This document shows, piece by piece, positions 9,789 through 19,717 of a DNA stretch of 64,000 nucleotides (the stretch's first letter is position 1; each line of letters starts with the position of its first letter). Made by a program: the position numbers and the translations under genes. The notes under the pieces are model-generated. The model made no database searches, was not told the DNA's origin, and saw nothing but the letters and a program-made list of their open reading frames with translations. The DNA comes from Clostridia bacterium (lineage in GTDB: Bacteria > Bacillota > Clostridia > JAAYHZ01): contig JBMNIH010000007.1 of NCBI GenBank assembly GCA_050950825.1, positions 128,001 through 192,000 of the forward strand, given 5' to 3'.

Positions 9789-10742
9789 ATGGTGAAAATC
9801 ACGGGCACGGATCTGGTCGTTTCTCCTTTGTGCTTGGGTTGCGCCGTCATCGGCAGTTCCTTTGACAAAAAGGAATCCTTTGATTTGCTGGACTTGTTTA
9901 CGGGTATGGGCGGTAACTTTTTGGATACCGCCCTTAATTATGCCGATTGGGCATATCCCGAAAAAAGCATAAGCGAGAAAACCATCGGTTTGTGGATGAA
10001 AGAAAGAAAAAATCGAGATCGTGTCACGATAGGGACAAAGGTGGCCCAAATCGATTTTAACACCGGGTATGTGCGAATCCGGAAGGAGGAAATAACGGAA
10101 GATGTGATGACCTGCCTTAAAAATCTGCAAACGGACTACATCGATTTGTTGTACCTTCATCGTGACCTTGAAGATGTACCGGCGGAGGAAATCACGGAGA
10201 CGTTACGGAAGTTAAAAAAAGAAGGCTTGATCCGCTATTACGGATTTTCCAATTGGAGCACGGACCGTCTGAAAAAGGTGCGGGAGTTGGTAGGAGACAC
10301 CGGAGGCTTCGCCGCCAACCAACCCATGTGGAGCTGTGCTCGAATCAATAAAGAGAGCTTAAGCGATCAAACCTTACGAATCATGGACGACGAAATGTTT
10401 CTTTTCCATAAGGAAACAAAGCTTACGGCGGTGCCTTTTACCTCCCAAGCGAGAGGATATTTTGCGAAGCTGGAGGAAGGAAGGGTATCTTCATCGCTGA
10501 AAAAAATCTATGACAACGAAGAAAATCGAAAGCGCTTTGAAAGGCTTAAAAAATGCTCGGAAGAAACCGGACTTTCCGTAAACGACTTGAGCTTGGCATA
10601 TCTTAAGTCCATGCCCTTCCCGACGGTACCCATCATCGGGTTTAAGGATAAAGAGCAGCTTTTACAAAATTTAAAAAACATGGACATAACGTTGCCGGAA
10701 AAAACGGTTATGTATATCAGGGGGGAAAGCAACCTGTTTTAA
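9789..10742 (+). CDS. Aldo/keto reductase
   Basis: GGNFLDTA..Y, SE..IG.W, LQTDYIDLLYLHRD, GFSNW. Confidence 0.93.
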   Translation: MVKITGTDLVVSPLCLGCAVIGSSFDKKESFDLLDLFTGMGGNFLDTALNYADWAYPEKSISEKTIGLWMKERKNRDRVTIGTKVAQIDFNTGYVRIRKEEITEDVMTCLKNLQTDYIDLLYLHRDLEDVPAEEITETLRKLKKEGLIRYYGFSNWSTDRLKKVRELVGDTGGFAANQPMWSCARINKESLSDQTLRIMDDEMFLFHKETKLTAVPFTSQARGYFAKLEEGRVSSSLKKIYDNEENRKRFERLKKCSEETGLSVNDLSLAYLKSMPFPTVPIIGFKDKEQLLQNLKNMDITLPEKTVMYIRGESNLF

Positions 10743-10748
10743 TATCTA

Positions 10749-10796
10749 TTGACCCTAAAAATCGTATCTTGTATAATGATATAGAATAAATGTTCG
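10749..10796 (+). promoter_or_regulatory. SigA promoter with downstream LexA (Cheo-box-like) operator
   Basis: TTGACC(10749)-17 bp-TATAAT(10772); AGAATAAATGTTCG at 10783-10796 has one mismatch to GAAC-N4-GTTC. Confidence 0.7.
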
Positions 10797-10805
10797 AAGG
10801 CGGTA

Positions 10806-13103
10806 TTGTTAGCAATGAATATGGTTCAAATATTGGATTCACTGAAGAACAACCAAAGGTTCGGTGAAAACATTACAAAATGGGTGGAGATTCCGGAAAG
10901 AGAAGCCGTCTATTGCGACTTTCCTTCTTCCATGGACCAAAGAATCAAGGATGCATTGATGAAACGAGGCATCAAACAACTGTATTCTCACCAAAAAAGC
11001 GCCTTTGAAAAAGCCGTATCCGGAAAGGACATCGTGGTGGTTACTCCGACGGCTTCCGGTAAAACCTTGTGCTTTCATTTGCCGGTATTGGATGCCGTAT
11101 TAAAGGATCCCGATTCCCGAGCCTTGTTTTTGTTTCCCACCAAGGCTTTGGCCCAAGACCAAATGCTGGAGCTTCACGATGTGATCACGGAAATGGGCGT
11201 GGACGTGAAAACCTACACCTACGACGGCGATACGCCCCAATCGGCTCGAAAAGCGGTACGACAAGCGGGCCATATCGTGGTTACCAATCCGGACATGCTT
11301 CATTCCGGTATTCTTCCGCACCATACCAAATGGACCAAATTGTTTGAAAACTTAAAATACGTGGTTATTGACGAGATTCACCACTACCGAGGGGTATTCG
11401 GAAGCCATTTGGCCAACGTGATACGAAGGCTTCATCGCATATGCAGGTTTTACGGATCCGATCCCGTATTTATCTGCTGCTCCGCTACCATCGCCAACCC
11501 GAAAGAGCTGTCCTCTAAAATCATAGGAAGAGAGACGGAGGTGGTGGACAACAACGGGGCTCCTTCCGGAAAGAAGTATCTTTTGTTCTACAATCCCCCT
11601 ACGGTCAATAAGGAATTGGGCATACGAAAAAGCAGCATCAAGGAAGCCTATTATTTGGCGGAGCAATTCATTAAAAACGATATTCAAACCATCATATTCG
11701 CCCAAAGCCGAGTTCGGGTGGAGCTTTTGGCCACTTATTTAAAAAGCATTTTCTTCGGACGCCTGCAGCAGGAGCAGAAAATCCGAGCCTACCGCGGAGG
11801 CTATTTGCCTTTGCTAAGAAGAGAAATCGAACGAGGACTTCGAAGCGGAGAGATACGGGGCGTGGTATCCACCAATGCCTTGGAGCTGGGGATCGATATC
11901 GGCGCCTTGGAGGCCTGTATCATATGCGGATACCCGGGTTCGGTGGCCAGCACTTGGCAGCAGGCCGGCCGCGCCGGAAGAAGAAACGGCGTTTCCGTGG
12001 CCATTCTCGTAGCGGACAGCAGTCCTTTAAACCAATACATCATATCCAATCCGGACTATTTTTTACAAAGCAAATCGGAAAACGCCATGATCAATCCGGA
12101 CAACTTGACCATCCTATACAGCCACATTATGTGTGCCGCTTTTGAGCTGCCCTTTGAGGACGGGGAGGTTTTCGGGCCGAATACCTTGCCGGAGCTGCTA
12201 AAATACATGGAAGAGGCCAAGCTACTTCGCCACGTGCAGAACCGATGGTACTGGATGAGCGAGCAGTTTCCCGCCAACGCCATCAGCCTTCGGACCTCCA
12301 CCAATGAAAACTTTGTCATTATCGATATATCCGATCCGAAGCACAGCGTCATAGGGGAAACCGATTGGTTCAGCGCTCCTATGCTGCTTCATGAAGAGGC
12401 CATCTATATCCACGAAGGGAACCAATACCAAGTGGAAAAATTGGATTACACCGAAAAAAAGGCGTATGTGAGAAGAGTGGACGTCGACTACTATACCGAC
12501 GCCAACCTTGCGGTGGATCTGAAGGTTTTGGAGGTGTTCAAGGAGGACGAAAGCCAAACGATCGGACGGTATTGGGGAGACGTGATGATCTCTGCTTTGG
12601 TTACCATGTTTAAGAAGATCAAGCTTCTTACCCACGAAAACATCGGCGCGGGACATGTGAACCTACCCGAAACCGAAATGCATACGACGGCCTATTGGAT
12701 CACCTTTCCCGAGGAGCTGGAGCGGGAATTGGGAAAAGAAAAGCTGGAAGACGCTCTTCTGGGCTTATCCAACGTGTTGGGCAACTGCGCTCCCTTTTAT
12801 TTGATGTGCGATGTAAAGGACATCCGCGTGGTGTACCATGTAAAATCGGTCTTTACGCAAAAACCCACCATCTATATTTACGACAATGTTCCGGGCGGCG
12901 TAGGCTTCAGTGAAAAACTGTTTACTCTCCATAAAAATCTTTACCAAATGGCGAAGGACCTGATACAAAAATGCGGATGTACAAACGGATGCCCTTCCTG
13001 TATCGGTGCCTATACGGAATTTTCAGGAAGTGAAAATTTGAAGGATGCCATTCTTGCTTTGATTAACATTATTCTTGCCGAAGAAACAAAGACGGTGGAA
13101 TGA
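10806..13103 (+). CDS. mrfA: DEAD/DEAH-box helicase with C-terminal DUF1998 Zn-binding domain (MrfA/YprA)
   Basis: TPTASGKT, PTKALAQDQ, DEIH, SAT, QQAGRAGRR; C-terminal C..CGC..GCPSC. Confidence 0.9.
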   Translation: MLAMNMVQILDSLKNNQRFGENITKWVEIPEREAVYCDFPSSMDQRIKDALMKRGIKQLYSHQKSAFEKAVSGKDIVVVTPTASGKTLCFHLPVLDAVLKDPDSRALFLFPTKALAQDQMLELHDVITEMGVDVKTYTYDGDTPQSARKAVRQAGHIVVTNPDMLHSGILPHHTKWTKLFENLKYVVIDEIHHYRGVFGSHLANVIRRLHRICRFYGSDPVFICCSATIANPKELSSKIIGRETEVVDNNGAPSGKKYLLFYNPPTVNKELGIRKSSIKEAYYLAEQFIKNDIQTIIFAQSRVRVELLATYLKSIFFGRLQQEQKIRAYRGGYLPLLRREIERGLRSGEIRGVVSTNALELGIDIGALEACIICGYPGSVASTWQQAGRAGRRNGVSVAILVADSSPLNQYIISNPDYFLQSKSENAMINPDNLTILYSHIMCAAFELPFEDGEVFGPNTLPELLKYMEEAKLLRHVQNRWYWMSEQFPANAISLRTSTNENFVIIDISDPKHSVIGETDWFSAPMLLHEEAIYIHEGNQYQVEKLDYTEKKAYVRRVDVDYYTDANLAVDLKVLEVFKEDESQTIGRYWGDVMISALVTMFKKIKLLTHENIGAGHVNLPETEMHTTAYWITFPEELERELGKEKLEDALLGLSNVLGNCAPFYLMCDVKDIRVVYHVKSVFTQKPTIYIYDNVPGGVGFSEKLFTLHKNLYQMAKDLIQKCGCTNGCPSCIGAYTEFSGSENLKDAILALINIILAEETKTVE

Positions 13104-13104
13104 G

Positions 13105-14328
13105 ATGGATATCAAAAAACTGTTGGATAAGTACCAAATACGTCCTCAGGTGAAAAAAGAAGATACGGAAAATACGGTTTTAGATCGTGAAATTGACAAG
13201 CTTGTTCCCGGAAAGGTCGTGAACAACGAACACGGCAGCTATTTCATGACGGAGAACAGGTACCCTTTAACCTACCTTTACGGCGGTGTGCCTTTAGGCG
13301 ATCTTTTGGACATCGACGATGTTTCTTTCGAATGTTTGGCGGGAAATCCGTATTTGGATCCGAGGAGGATGCTTTTTTTGGATACGGAAACCACCGGACT
13401 TTCCTCCGGTACGGGAACCGTCGCTTTTTTAGTGGGAGTCGGTTTTTTGGAAGAAGATTGCTTTGTCCTCCGCCAATATTTCATGAGGGATTATCATGAA
13501 GAAGCCTCCTTGCTGTATGATTTGGGTGCGATACTGAAAAACGCCCAAAGCGTGGTGACCTACAACGGCAAATCCTTTGATTTGCCGTTATTAAACGCTC
13601 GTTTTATCGCCAATCGTTTTCGGCCGGGATTCGGCAATCCGGAGCATTTGGACCTTCTGCATATATCCAGGCTGTTTTGGAAGGGCGTTTACGAAAACTG
13701 CAGGCTGTGTACCATCGAAAGAGAAGTTTTAGGGGAAATACGGATCGAAGATATTCCCGGTGAGCAGATTCCTTTGGAGTACTTCCGTTATCTGGATACC
13801 AAAGATGCCACCGTCATGAAAAAGGTTCTTTCCCATAACGAATCGGATATTTTGACTTTAGCCGCTCTTTTGGTGCGTTTTTCCCGCATGGTGAAAAACC
13901 GCTTTTTCTCGGAAGAGGTTGTAGAGCTTACGGGCTTGAGCAAGCTGTATGAAAAAAGAGAGAATTACGACAGTATGACGGAATGCTTGGAAAGAAGATT
14001 TAATTTGGTTCCGGACGCTTGGGACTTTGATTCCCTCCGTCGAATTTCCGTCATATACAAAAGGACAGGAAGATACGACAAGGCTCTTTCTTTGTGGCGC
14101 TACTATTTCGAAAAAGAAGATCTTGACACGGCCATCGGATTAAAGGTCTATGCCGGAACGGAAATCGCAAAGTATTTGGAGCACAAAGAAAGGGATTACC
14201 TGTCCGCTCTGAAAACGGTGAACGAGTTGATTGTATTTTTAAAAAGCAAGCGTATTTTCGGACAAAAATACCTGCCCGAGCTGGATAAAAGAAAAAGCAG
14301 GCTGGAAAAATTGGTAAAACGGCGGTAA
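13105..14328 (+). CDS. mrfB: RNase H-like DEDDh exonuclease with TPR-like tail (MrfB/YprB)
   Basis: FLDTETTGL, YNGKSFD, HLDLL, HNESD; directly follows mrfA. Confidence 0.88.
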   Translation: MDIKKLLDKYQIRPQVKKEDTENTVLDREIDKLVPGKVVNNEHGSYFMTENRYPLTYLYGGVPLGDLLDIDDVSFECLAGNPYLDPRRMLFLDTETTGLSSGTGTVAFLVGVGFLEEDCFVLRQYFMRDYHEEASLLYDLGAILKNAQSVVTYNGKSFDLPLLNARFIANRFRPGFGNPEHLDLLHISRLFWKGVYENCRLCTIEREVLGEIRIEDIPGEQIPLEYFRYLDTKDATVMKKVLSHNESDILTLAALLVRFSRMVKNRFFSEEVVELTGLSKLYEKRENYDSMTECLERRFNLVPDAWDFDSLRRISVIYKRTGRYDKALSLWRYYFEKEDLDTAIGLKVYAGTEIAKYLEHKERDYLSALKTVNELIVFLKSKRIFGQKYLPELDKRKSRLEKLVKRR

Positions 14329-14359
14329 AACCCGGTATACTAAAGGCATATCGGAAGGG

Positions 14360-15556
14360 ATGGATATGAAAGAAACCGACTTATACAAACCGGTAAAAGA
14401 ATTATTCGAAAAAATGGGATATACGGTCAACGGAGAAGTAAAGGACATGGATGTTACGGCGGTAAGAGGAGACGAATTGGTTGTCGTGGAATTGAAAACC
14501 GCTTTTAACATTACGCTGCTTCAGCAAGCGGTGAAAAGACAAAAGATAACGGAGCAAGTTTATGTGGCCATACCGAGGCCGGACTACAAAAAAAGATTCT
14601 CTCAAGATTTTAAGGATAAGGAATATCTTTTACGAAGGCTTTCCTTAGGTTTGATTTTGGTGGCCATGGACAGCCCGGTGCCTTACGCCTCCATTGCGTT
14701 AGAGCCGAAGCCCTATAAAGAGCGGACTTCATCAAAAAGCCAAATGAAGAAGGAAAAAGCTCTTCGAGAAATCGAGGAACGTCACGGAGATCATAATATC
14801 GGGGGAAGCAATCGCGTCCAAATCGTTACCGCTTACAGGGAATGCGTCCTTCGTATTGCGGGACTGATGGAGCTTTCGGCGCCTGTTACGGCGAAGGAAT
14901 TAAAGGATGCCGGATGCGGTCCGAAAACCTACTACATTTTAAAAAACAACTACTACGGCTGGTTCCGAAAAGATTCGGAAGGAAAATACCGACTGACGGA
15001 AAAAGCCTATCAAGAGATGGAACGGTATCGCGATCTTATCAATCTTCTGATTTTTGACTACCTTACAAAAGACGACCGAATGATAACTCTAAGAAAAGCC
15101 AAAATAGGAGAAGCAAAGCTTTTGTCCGAAATTGTAAAAGAATCCGTAAAAAACACGGAATACCCCGACGAAGAAGCAAAGGCTTATGAAAAAAAACATT
15201 CCGTAAGCCGAGAATACATTCGGGATTCTTTGGTTTACATAGCGGAAATCGGCGGAGAAATTGCGGGATTTTGGTCCCTGGTTGAAAGGACGGAAGACCT
15301 TTGGGAAGATGAAATCCTAAAGCAAAAAGGGTTCTGGCTGGACCGATTCTTTGTAAAACCGAAGTACAGGAATATGGGGGTAGGAAAAAGGATGTTTCAA
15401 TCGATAAAGGCCTACGGGGAAGAGAATAATATACGTCGTATATTCGGTTTGACGGATCCTCATACGGAGGGATTTTTCGATAAAATGGGAGTGCAATTGT
15501 CGGAAACGGTAGGATCCGATTTAAAGAATAGCAAGCTGATGGAGATTATCATATAA
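14360..15556 (+). CDS. DUF2161-family putative PD-(D/E)XK nuclease fused to a C-terminal GNAT domain
   Basis: KETDLY.PVK, GEV..D, VVELK, TAYRE, NYYGWF (DUF2161); C-terminal FVKPKYRNMGVG acetyl-CoA-binding motif. Confidence 0.8.
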   Translation: MDMKETDLYKPVKELFEKMGYTVNGEVKDMDVTAVRGDELVVVELKTAFNITLLQQAVKRQKITEQVYVAIPRPDYKKRFSQDFKDKEYLLRRLSLGLILVAMDSPVPYASIALEPKPYKERTSSKSQMKKEKALREIEERHGDHNIGGSNRVQIVTAYRECVLRIAGLMELSAPVTAKELKDAGCGPKTYYILKNNYYGWFRKDSEGKYRLTEKAYQEMERYRDLINLLIFDYLTKDDRMITLRKAKIGEAKLLSEIVKESVKNTEYPDEEAKAYEKKHSVSREYIRDSLVYIAEIGGEIAGFWSLVERTEDLWEDEILKQKGFWLDRFFVKPKYRNMGVGKRMFQSIKAYGEENNIRRIFGLTDPHTEGFFDKMGVQLSETVGSDLKNSKLMEIII

Positions 15557-15578
15557 AGAAAGGCGAGGTGTTCTGAAG

Positions 15579-17270
15579 ATGAAAGATCGAAAAACCATCA
15601 CCGTTTACGTAGAAGGGAAAAAGGTGACCAACGTAAAAGAAGGTCTTACGGCGGGAGATTTGGCTCCGTTATTCGGAGGAAACCATATTGCTCCGATTAT
15701 AGCCGCGAAGATTAACAACCGAATCGTTCAATTAAGCGAGCCCTTAATCGATCAATGCAAGGTGGACTTTATCGATATGGATTCCGGGGACGGCGTCCGG
15801 ATTTACAAAAGAAGTCTTCAATTCTTGTTGGCTTTTGCCATGCATAAAATGATGCCTCATTGCAAATTAAAGATCAGTCATTCGGTCAGCAACGGGGTTT
15901 ACTGTACCGTGGAAGGCGTAAAAGCGGATGAGGAATTGGCTTCAAAGCTGGAAGCGGAAATGAAGAGGCTGGTATCTTTAGAGCTGCCCATCGAAGAGGT
16001 GATTGTGAATAAAAAGGAAGCCGTTAAGATATTGGAAAAGCAGGGCAGAGAGGACAGCATTATGGTGCTGGACTATCTGGACGAGGATAAGGTGACCTTT
16101 TACAAATGCCAAGACTACTACGATTCTTTTTTCAGCAGCATTGTAGCCAATACCCGCTATTTAAAGGTCTTCTCCATTCGCTACCATGAAGACGGTTTGG
16201 TCATCGTGCATCCCGTTCGATACGACAGCTCTCATGTTGCGGTATACAATCCTTCGGAAAAGCTGTTCCGCGTTTTTACGGAAAACAAGGAATGGGGTAA
16301 AATATTGGAGCTGGATACGGTAGGGCAATTGAACAAGATGGCTAAAAACGGTGAAATCCACGAAATGATTTTGGTAAGCGAAGCGCTGCAGTCGAAGAAA
16401 ATCAATGAAATTGCCGACGAGATCACAAGATTAGGAAGAAAGCTGGTGCTGATTTCGGGACCTTCTTCTTCCGGAAAAACCACCTTTTCAAGAAGATTGG
16501 CCATTGCTCTGCGGGTGAACGGTATTAAATCTACAACCATATCGCTGGACAATTACTACCGAGACCAAAGCGAGGCTCCCATCGGAGAGGACGGCCAAAT
16601 CGATCTTGAGCACATCGATACCTTGGATTTGAAGCTTTTGAACGACCAGCTTTCCGATATACTTCAATACAAAGAGGTGGAGGTCCCCATATTCAATTTC
16701 AATACGAAAAAAAGAGAACCGAAGGGCAGAATGTTTAGGGCGGAGAAAAACGGTGTTATCATTATGGAAGGAATACACGCTCTGAATAAGGATTTGACCA
16801 AAAAAATTCCCGATCATATGAAATACAAAGTGTATGTGAGCGCTTTAGCGACCATCAATATCGATGATCACGTTCGGATTTCCACCACCGACAACCGCTT
16901 GATCCGAAGAATGGTTCGGGATAAACAGTACAGAAACACGGAAGCGGAAGAAACGCTGATGAGATGGCCCAGTGTACGAGCGGGAGAAAAAAGGTGGATC
17001 TTCCCTTACCAAGAGGAAGCGGACATCATGTTTAATTCCGCTCTGTATTACGAGCTTAGCGTTTTGAAAAATATGGCGGAACCGCTGCTTTTGCAAATCG
17101 GGCCCGACAGTCCTCAATATCCCATTGCAAGGCGTTTATTGGATCTTTTGGATTATTTCCATCCCGTAAAACCCGATTATATCCCCAACAATTCCATTTT
17201 AAGGGAGTTTATCGGAGGAAGCTGCTTCCACGATGTTCATGAGGGCTTTAACACGGTGGTAGAGGTGTAA
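15579..17270 (+). CDS. Nucleoside (uridine) kinase-family protein with N-terminal ThrRS/TGS-like domains
   Basis: GPSSSGKTT P-loop, EGIHALN, RRMVRD, W.SVRAGE, FNSAL.YEL. Confidence 0.88.
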   Translation: MKDRKTITVYVEGKKVTNVKEGLTAGDLAPLFGGNHIAPIIAAKINNRIVQLSEPLIDQCKVDFIDMDSGDGVRIYKRSLQFLLAFAMHKMMPHCKLKISHSVSNGVYCTVEGVKADEELASKLEAEMKRLVSLELPIEEVIVNKKEAVKILEKQGREDSIMVLDYLDEDKVTFYKCQDYYDSFFSSIVANTRYLKVFSIRYHEDGLVIVHPVRYDSSHVAVYNPSEKLFRVFTENKEWGKILELDTVGQLNKMAKNGEIHEMILVSEALQSKKINEIADEITRLGRKLVLISGPSSSGKTTFSRRLAIALRVNGIKSTTISLDNYYRDQSEAPIGEDGQIDLEHIDTLDLKLLNDQLSDILQYKEVEVPIFNFNTKKREPKGRMFRAEKNGVIIMEGIHALNKDLTKKIPDHMKYKVYVSALATINIDDHVRISTTDNRLIRRMVRDKQYRNTEAEETLMRWPSVRAGEKRWIFPYQEEADIMFNSALYYELSVLKNMAEPLLLQIGPDSPQYPIARRLLDLLDYFHPVKPDYIPNNSILREFIGGSCFHDVHEGFNTVVEV

Positions 17271-17285
17271 TAGGAATTTTAAAGA

Positions 17286-18944
17286 CTATTCAATCGTAAA
17301 AGGGATATCCATTTCTTCGGATATCTTTTTTAGTTTCTTGAATTTTTCCGTATCGACGACATTTTTATCTTTGTCATAGAGAAACTTAAGCTTTACGTTT
17401 TTGCCCAATCGGCTGCATAAAACCTTTTTAATGGTATTAATGTATTCTTCGCGTGCCAGCTGCATTTGGATATAGCTGTTTTCTTGGATATTGCAAATAT
17501 GGACGCAATCGTCCTTTGCATAGGCCTTTGTATTTTGCAGGCAGAAGTATAAAGGCTTGGTCTCTTCGAAAATGTCGTTTAAGCAAGCCTCCCATACGGT
17601 CAGGTCCTTTGCGTTTTTTAAATCGTCGGCTTGCGATTCTTCTTCGATTTCCCCGTTTTTTGCCGCAAAAAGAGCTCGGACAACATGGTCTTCTTCCGTT
17701 TTGTCTTCCGTAGGAGCTTGTACTTCGATGACTTTTTGTGTAGGAGCGCTCGCTTCGGGAAGAGGCTTTTGGAACGTATTGAGCACGCTTAAATGATCGA
17801 CTTTAACCTCCAGATTTTTAAGCCTGTTTTCCAAGGTTTCGTCGGAAAGGGTAACGGGCCGGCCAAAGCAGATGCCGGTTAACCCGGCTTCAAGCATTAC
17901 TTTCGGCAGGGATACCCATTTGATTTGATTTTCCAATTTGGATAGCTCGGAGATAATAAAAATCGTACGATCCGGAGTCAATTCCTTGCTCAATTCTTGT
18001 AAAGAAGCAATCGTCTCTTTTGTAAGCTCTAAGGTATTTTCCGGATTGCTCGTCATCATGATGACCAAAATATTTCGGAAAAAGACTATCAAATCCTCTA
18101 AAAGAACGGATACCTTCTTTCCGTCGGAGACGATTTTATCGATAAGCTCGAACAAGGGACCGATTTCATAGCGGATGATATGGCGGCATAAAAGGAGCAT
18201 ATCGCTTTCATTTACCGTACCCAACATCTCGATCACATCGTCCCCGTCGATTTTATCCATACCCGAAGACATGCATTGGTCCAAAAGGCTCAACGCGTCT
18301 CGAAGAGCACCGTCGGCTTTCCTTGCGATAATACGAAGAGCTTCCTCCGTAATATTACCCTTTTTCGATTGAACCACGGATTGAAGGCGCTGCATAATAC
18401 CTGCCAATGATATTTGCCTGAAATCAAAACGCTGGCACCTGGAAAGAATGGTAGCGGGAAGCTTATGAGGCTCCGTTGTCGCTAATATGAATATGACATG
18501 AGCCGGCGGTTCCTCCAATGTCTTTAAAAGAGCGTTGAAAGCGCCGGTGGATAGCATATGGACTTCGTCGATGATATATACTTTGTATTTGGCTGAAACC
18601 GGTAGATATCGAACCTCTTCACGAAGCTCTCGAATGTTGTTGACGCTGTTGTTGGATGCGGCGTCGATTTCCAAAACATCGCTGACGGCTCCGCTTAGAA
18701 TCTCCGTGCAGGATTTGCATTTATTGCAGGGATTTCCGTCTTGAGGATTTAAACAATTGACCGCTCTAGCCAAAATTAAGGCGCAGCTGGTTTTACCGGT
18801 GCCTCTGGTGCCGCAAAACAAATAGGCATGGGCAATTTGACCGGTCGAAACCGCATTTTTTAATGTTCGAACAACGTGTTTTTGTTCCACGATGTCGTCA
18901 AATGTCAAAGGCCGCCATTCTCTGTATAAAGCTTTATACGTCAT
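17286..18944 (-). CDS. dnaX: DNA polymerase III subunit gamma/tau
   Basis: YKALYREWRP, GTRGTGKT, EIDAASN, DEVHML, SRCQRF. Confidence 0.97.
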   Translation of the reverse strand: MTYKALYREWRPLTFDDIVEQKHVVRTLKNAVSTGQIAHAYLFCGTRGTGKTSCALILARAVNCLNPQDGNPCNKCKSCTEILSGAVSDVLEIDAASNNSVNNIRELREEVRYLPVSAKYKVYIIDEVHMLSTGAFNALLKTLEEPPAHVIFILATTEPHKLPATILSRCQRFDFRQISLAGIMQRLQSVVQSKKGNITEEALRIIARKADGALRDALSLLDQCMSSGMDKIDGDDVIEMLGTVNESDMLLLCRHIIRYEIGPLFELIDKIVSDGKKVSVLLEDLIVFFRNILVIMMTSNPENTLELTKETIASLQELSKELTPDRTIFIISELSKLENQIKWVSLPKVMLEAGLTGICFGRPVTLSDETLENRLKNLEVKVDHLSVLNTFQKPLPEASAPTQKVIEVQAPTEDKTEEDHVVRALFAAKNGEIEEESQADDLKNAKDLTVWEACLNDIFEETKPLYFCLQNTKAYAKDDCVHICNIQENSYIQMQLAREEYINTIKKVLCSRLGKNVKLKFLYDKDKNVVDTEKFKKLKKISEEMDIPFTIE

Positions 18945-18973
18945 TGTTTATCACATCCGCCGGATAATAAAAA

Positions 18974-19246
18974 GATCGTGCACCAGCCTCCGATCCGTAG
19001 AATGTACGCATGTAATGCTCCGAACTCAAACCGGGTTGCCTTACGGCACATATCGGACATTGCTTACCGCTGCTTCCTTCCGGACCTGACGGGGTTCACA
19101 AGCCTCTATTGCGCAAGGGCCGGTTCTCAACGTCCGGCTGCATACAGCAAGACCACACTCTCCCAAAAACCTCGGGCATGGAATTCAACCCTGCTATAGC
19201 GGATTGCAGGTTACAGGACACCGCTAACTTCCCGTCTAGCACGATC
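18974..19246 (-). ncRNA. ffs: Signal recognition particle RNA (large, Alu-domain-containing type)
   Basis: Minus strand contains GUCAGGUCCGGAAGGAAGCAGC; 5' CGUGCUAGACGGGAAGUUAGCGGUG Alu domain; ffs-dnaX synteny; promoter TTGCAA(19281)-17-TATAAT(19258). Confidence 0.95.
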
Positions 19247-19331
19247 ATGTACATTATACAGGAAGACGGATGACTTTGCAACAGAAATACGGGAAAAGGG
19301 AATGTCAATAACAGGAAAAAGAAAAAAGAGC

Positions 19332-19469
19332 AAAAAAATTTGCACTCTTTGGATATAAACGAATGAATGATTCCTGATTGGTCGAGTGCAAATGTCAAAT
19401 CAATTATTCCATATAATTTACATTATAATAAGGAGGAATAAAAATGAAAATAGTATTATTGGTTGTGAC
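19332..19469 (-). ncRNA. Putative small RNA copy 1 (anti-SD/anti-AUG tract, large-loop terminator)
   Basis: TTGCAT-16-TATAAT with extended TG upstream (19503-19476); 10-bp stem 19338-47/19384-93 followed by a U-tract; paralogous to copy 2. Confidence 0.6.
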
Positions 19470-19581
19470 AGTTATATTATAGCACGCTCTCTTTGAAATG
19501 CAAGTACTTTTTCATTAAATTTTTAACAATGTTGTTTCAATTTGTTTAAAAATATGTAAAATAAAATTCTGCAAAAAGAGT

Positions 19582-19717
19582 AAAAAAAATTGCACTCATT
19601 TTATAATCGAATGAATAATTCCTGATAGTTTGAGTGCATTGATTTAAGATCACTAACTCTACTAATAGTAATACTAAAAGGAGGAACAAAAATGAAAATA
19701 GTATTATTAATTGTGAC
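19582..19717 (-). ncRNA. Putative small RNA copy 2
   Basis: TTGCTT-16-TATAAT with extended TG upstream (19751-19724); 8-bp stem 19591-98/19631-38 followed by a U-tract; same conserved blocks as copy 1. Confidence 0.6.

Noticed and set aside
18892-19398. ORFs 18892-19089, 18978-19199 and 19096-19398
   Set aside because: They overlap the SRP RNA gene and are shadow ORFs
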